A DNA stretch of 64,000 nucleotides, taken from assembly GCA_949358305.1 (NCBI GenBank), contig OX442314.1, positions 6,386,001-6,450,000 on the forward strand, in the 5' to 3' direction. Each line of letters starts with the position of its first letter. Position 1 is the stretch's first letter. Both the position numbers and the translations under genes were made by a program. This DNA comes from Strigamia acuminata. Its lineage: Eukaryota. The notes beneath the pieces are model-generated. The model made no database searches, was not told the DNA's origin, and saw only the letters and a program-made list of their open reading frames with translations. Positions 63,447-64,000 of the stretch are shown piece by piece.

Positions 63447-64000
63447 CTTGGTGATTAGCCTGTTCAAACCTTACTCTGGAACCCAGGTAATTTGATATCT
63501 CATGACATATGACATCACAGCTTTGTTCACCAACATGACTGACTGCATGAAGGCAAGAATAGTGTGTTGTGATGGTCCAGTGGTTAAGGCAATGGATCAG
63601 GAATCTTTCCATGCAGGTTCAAATCTTGTTGTCTCTGAAAATTTTTGCTTTTATTTTTTATGTATTTTTAGCAGTCAAGTTAATGTTTGTTATTTTATAT
63701 TTGTTAAAAAATTAAAATTAATAAAATTAAATTTTTTTTAAAACAAATATAAAATAACAAACATTAACTTGACTGCTAAAAATAAATAAAAAATAAAAGC
63801 AAAAATTTTCAGAGACAACAAGATTTGAACCTGCATGGAAAGATTCCTGATCCATTGCCTTAACCACTGGACCATCACAACACACTATTCTTGCCTTCAT
63901 GCAGTCAGTCATGTTGGTGAACAAAGCTGTGATGTCATATGTCATGAGATATCAAATTACCTGGGTTCCAGAGTAAGGTTTGAACAGGCTAATCACCAAG
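63447..64000. repeat. Long near-perfect palindrome (foldback), centre ~63723, right arm runs off the window
   Basis: 63447-63705 is the reverse complement of 63742-64000 apart from about one mismatch. Confidence 0.93.
63566..63637 (+). pseudogene. tRNA-derived sequence (Ser/Leu-like), mirrored at 63810-63881
   Basis: A-box TGGTCCAGTGG followed by TTAAGGC, B-box GGTTCAAATC; acceptor stem does not pair. Confidence 0.6.

Noticed and set aside
63566..63637. Functional tRNA gene
   Set aside because: Acceptor and anticodon stems do not pair; only the A/B boxes remain.

Overview
AT-rich eukaryotic (invertebrate, probably arthropod) genomic DNA with spliceosomal GT-AG introns. Three protein-coding genes were assembled by hand, with phases consistent across all junctions. 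(1) A complete 12-exon PPP1R37/LRRC68-like PP1 regulatory subunit on the minus strand (27739->4139, about 1292 aa; N-terminal RVxF motif, LRR array, long disordered C-terminus). (2) A complete 4-exon TRMT61A (tRNA m1A58 methyltransferase catalytic subunit) on the plus strand (28650->52780, 302 aa), head-to-head with PPP1R37 across a ~0.9 kb promoter that carries YY1-type motifs and an RFX X-box. (3) The last three coding exons of a dysfusion/NPAS4-family bHLH-PAS gene on the minus strand (62857->57876); its 5' part lies beyond the window. Non-coding DNA holds many MITEs (hAT, Tc1/pogo, piggyBac, PIF/Harbinger types) and a tRNA-derived foldback palindrome. The most striking unexplained structure is about 20 tandem arrays with different unit sequences whose lengths nearly all fall at 10-11, 20-22 or 30-31 bp (helical-repeat multiples). 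Many of them sit at the centre of a strand-composition flip (G/T-rich left flank, C/A-rich right flank) that is independent of transcription direction and appears to reach into synonymous codon positions. All calls are by eye; no database searches were run.
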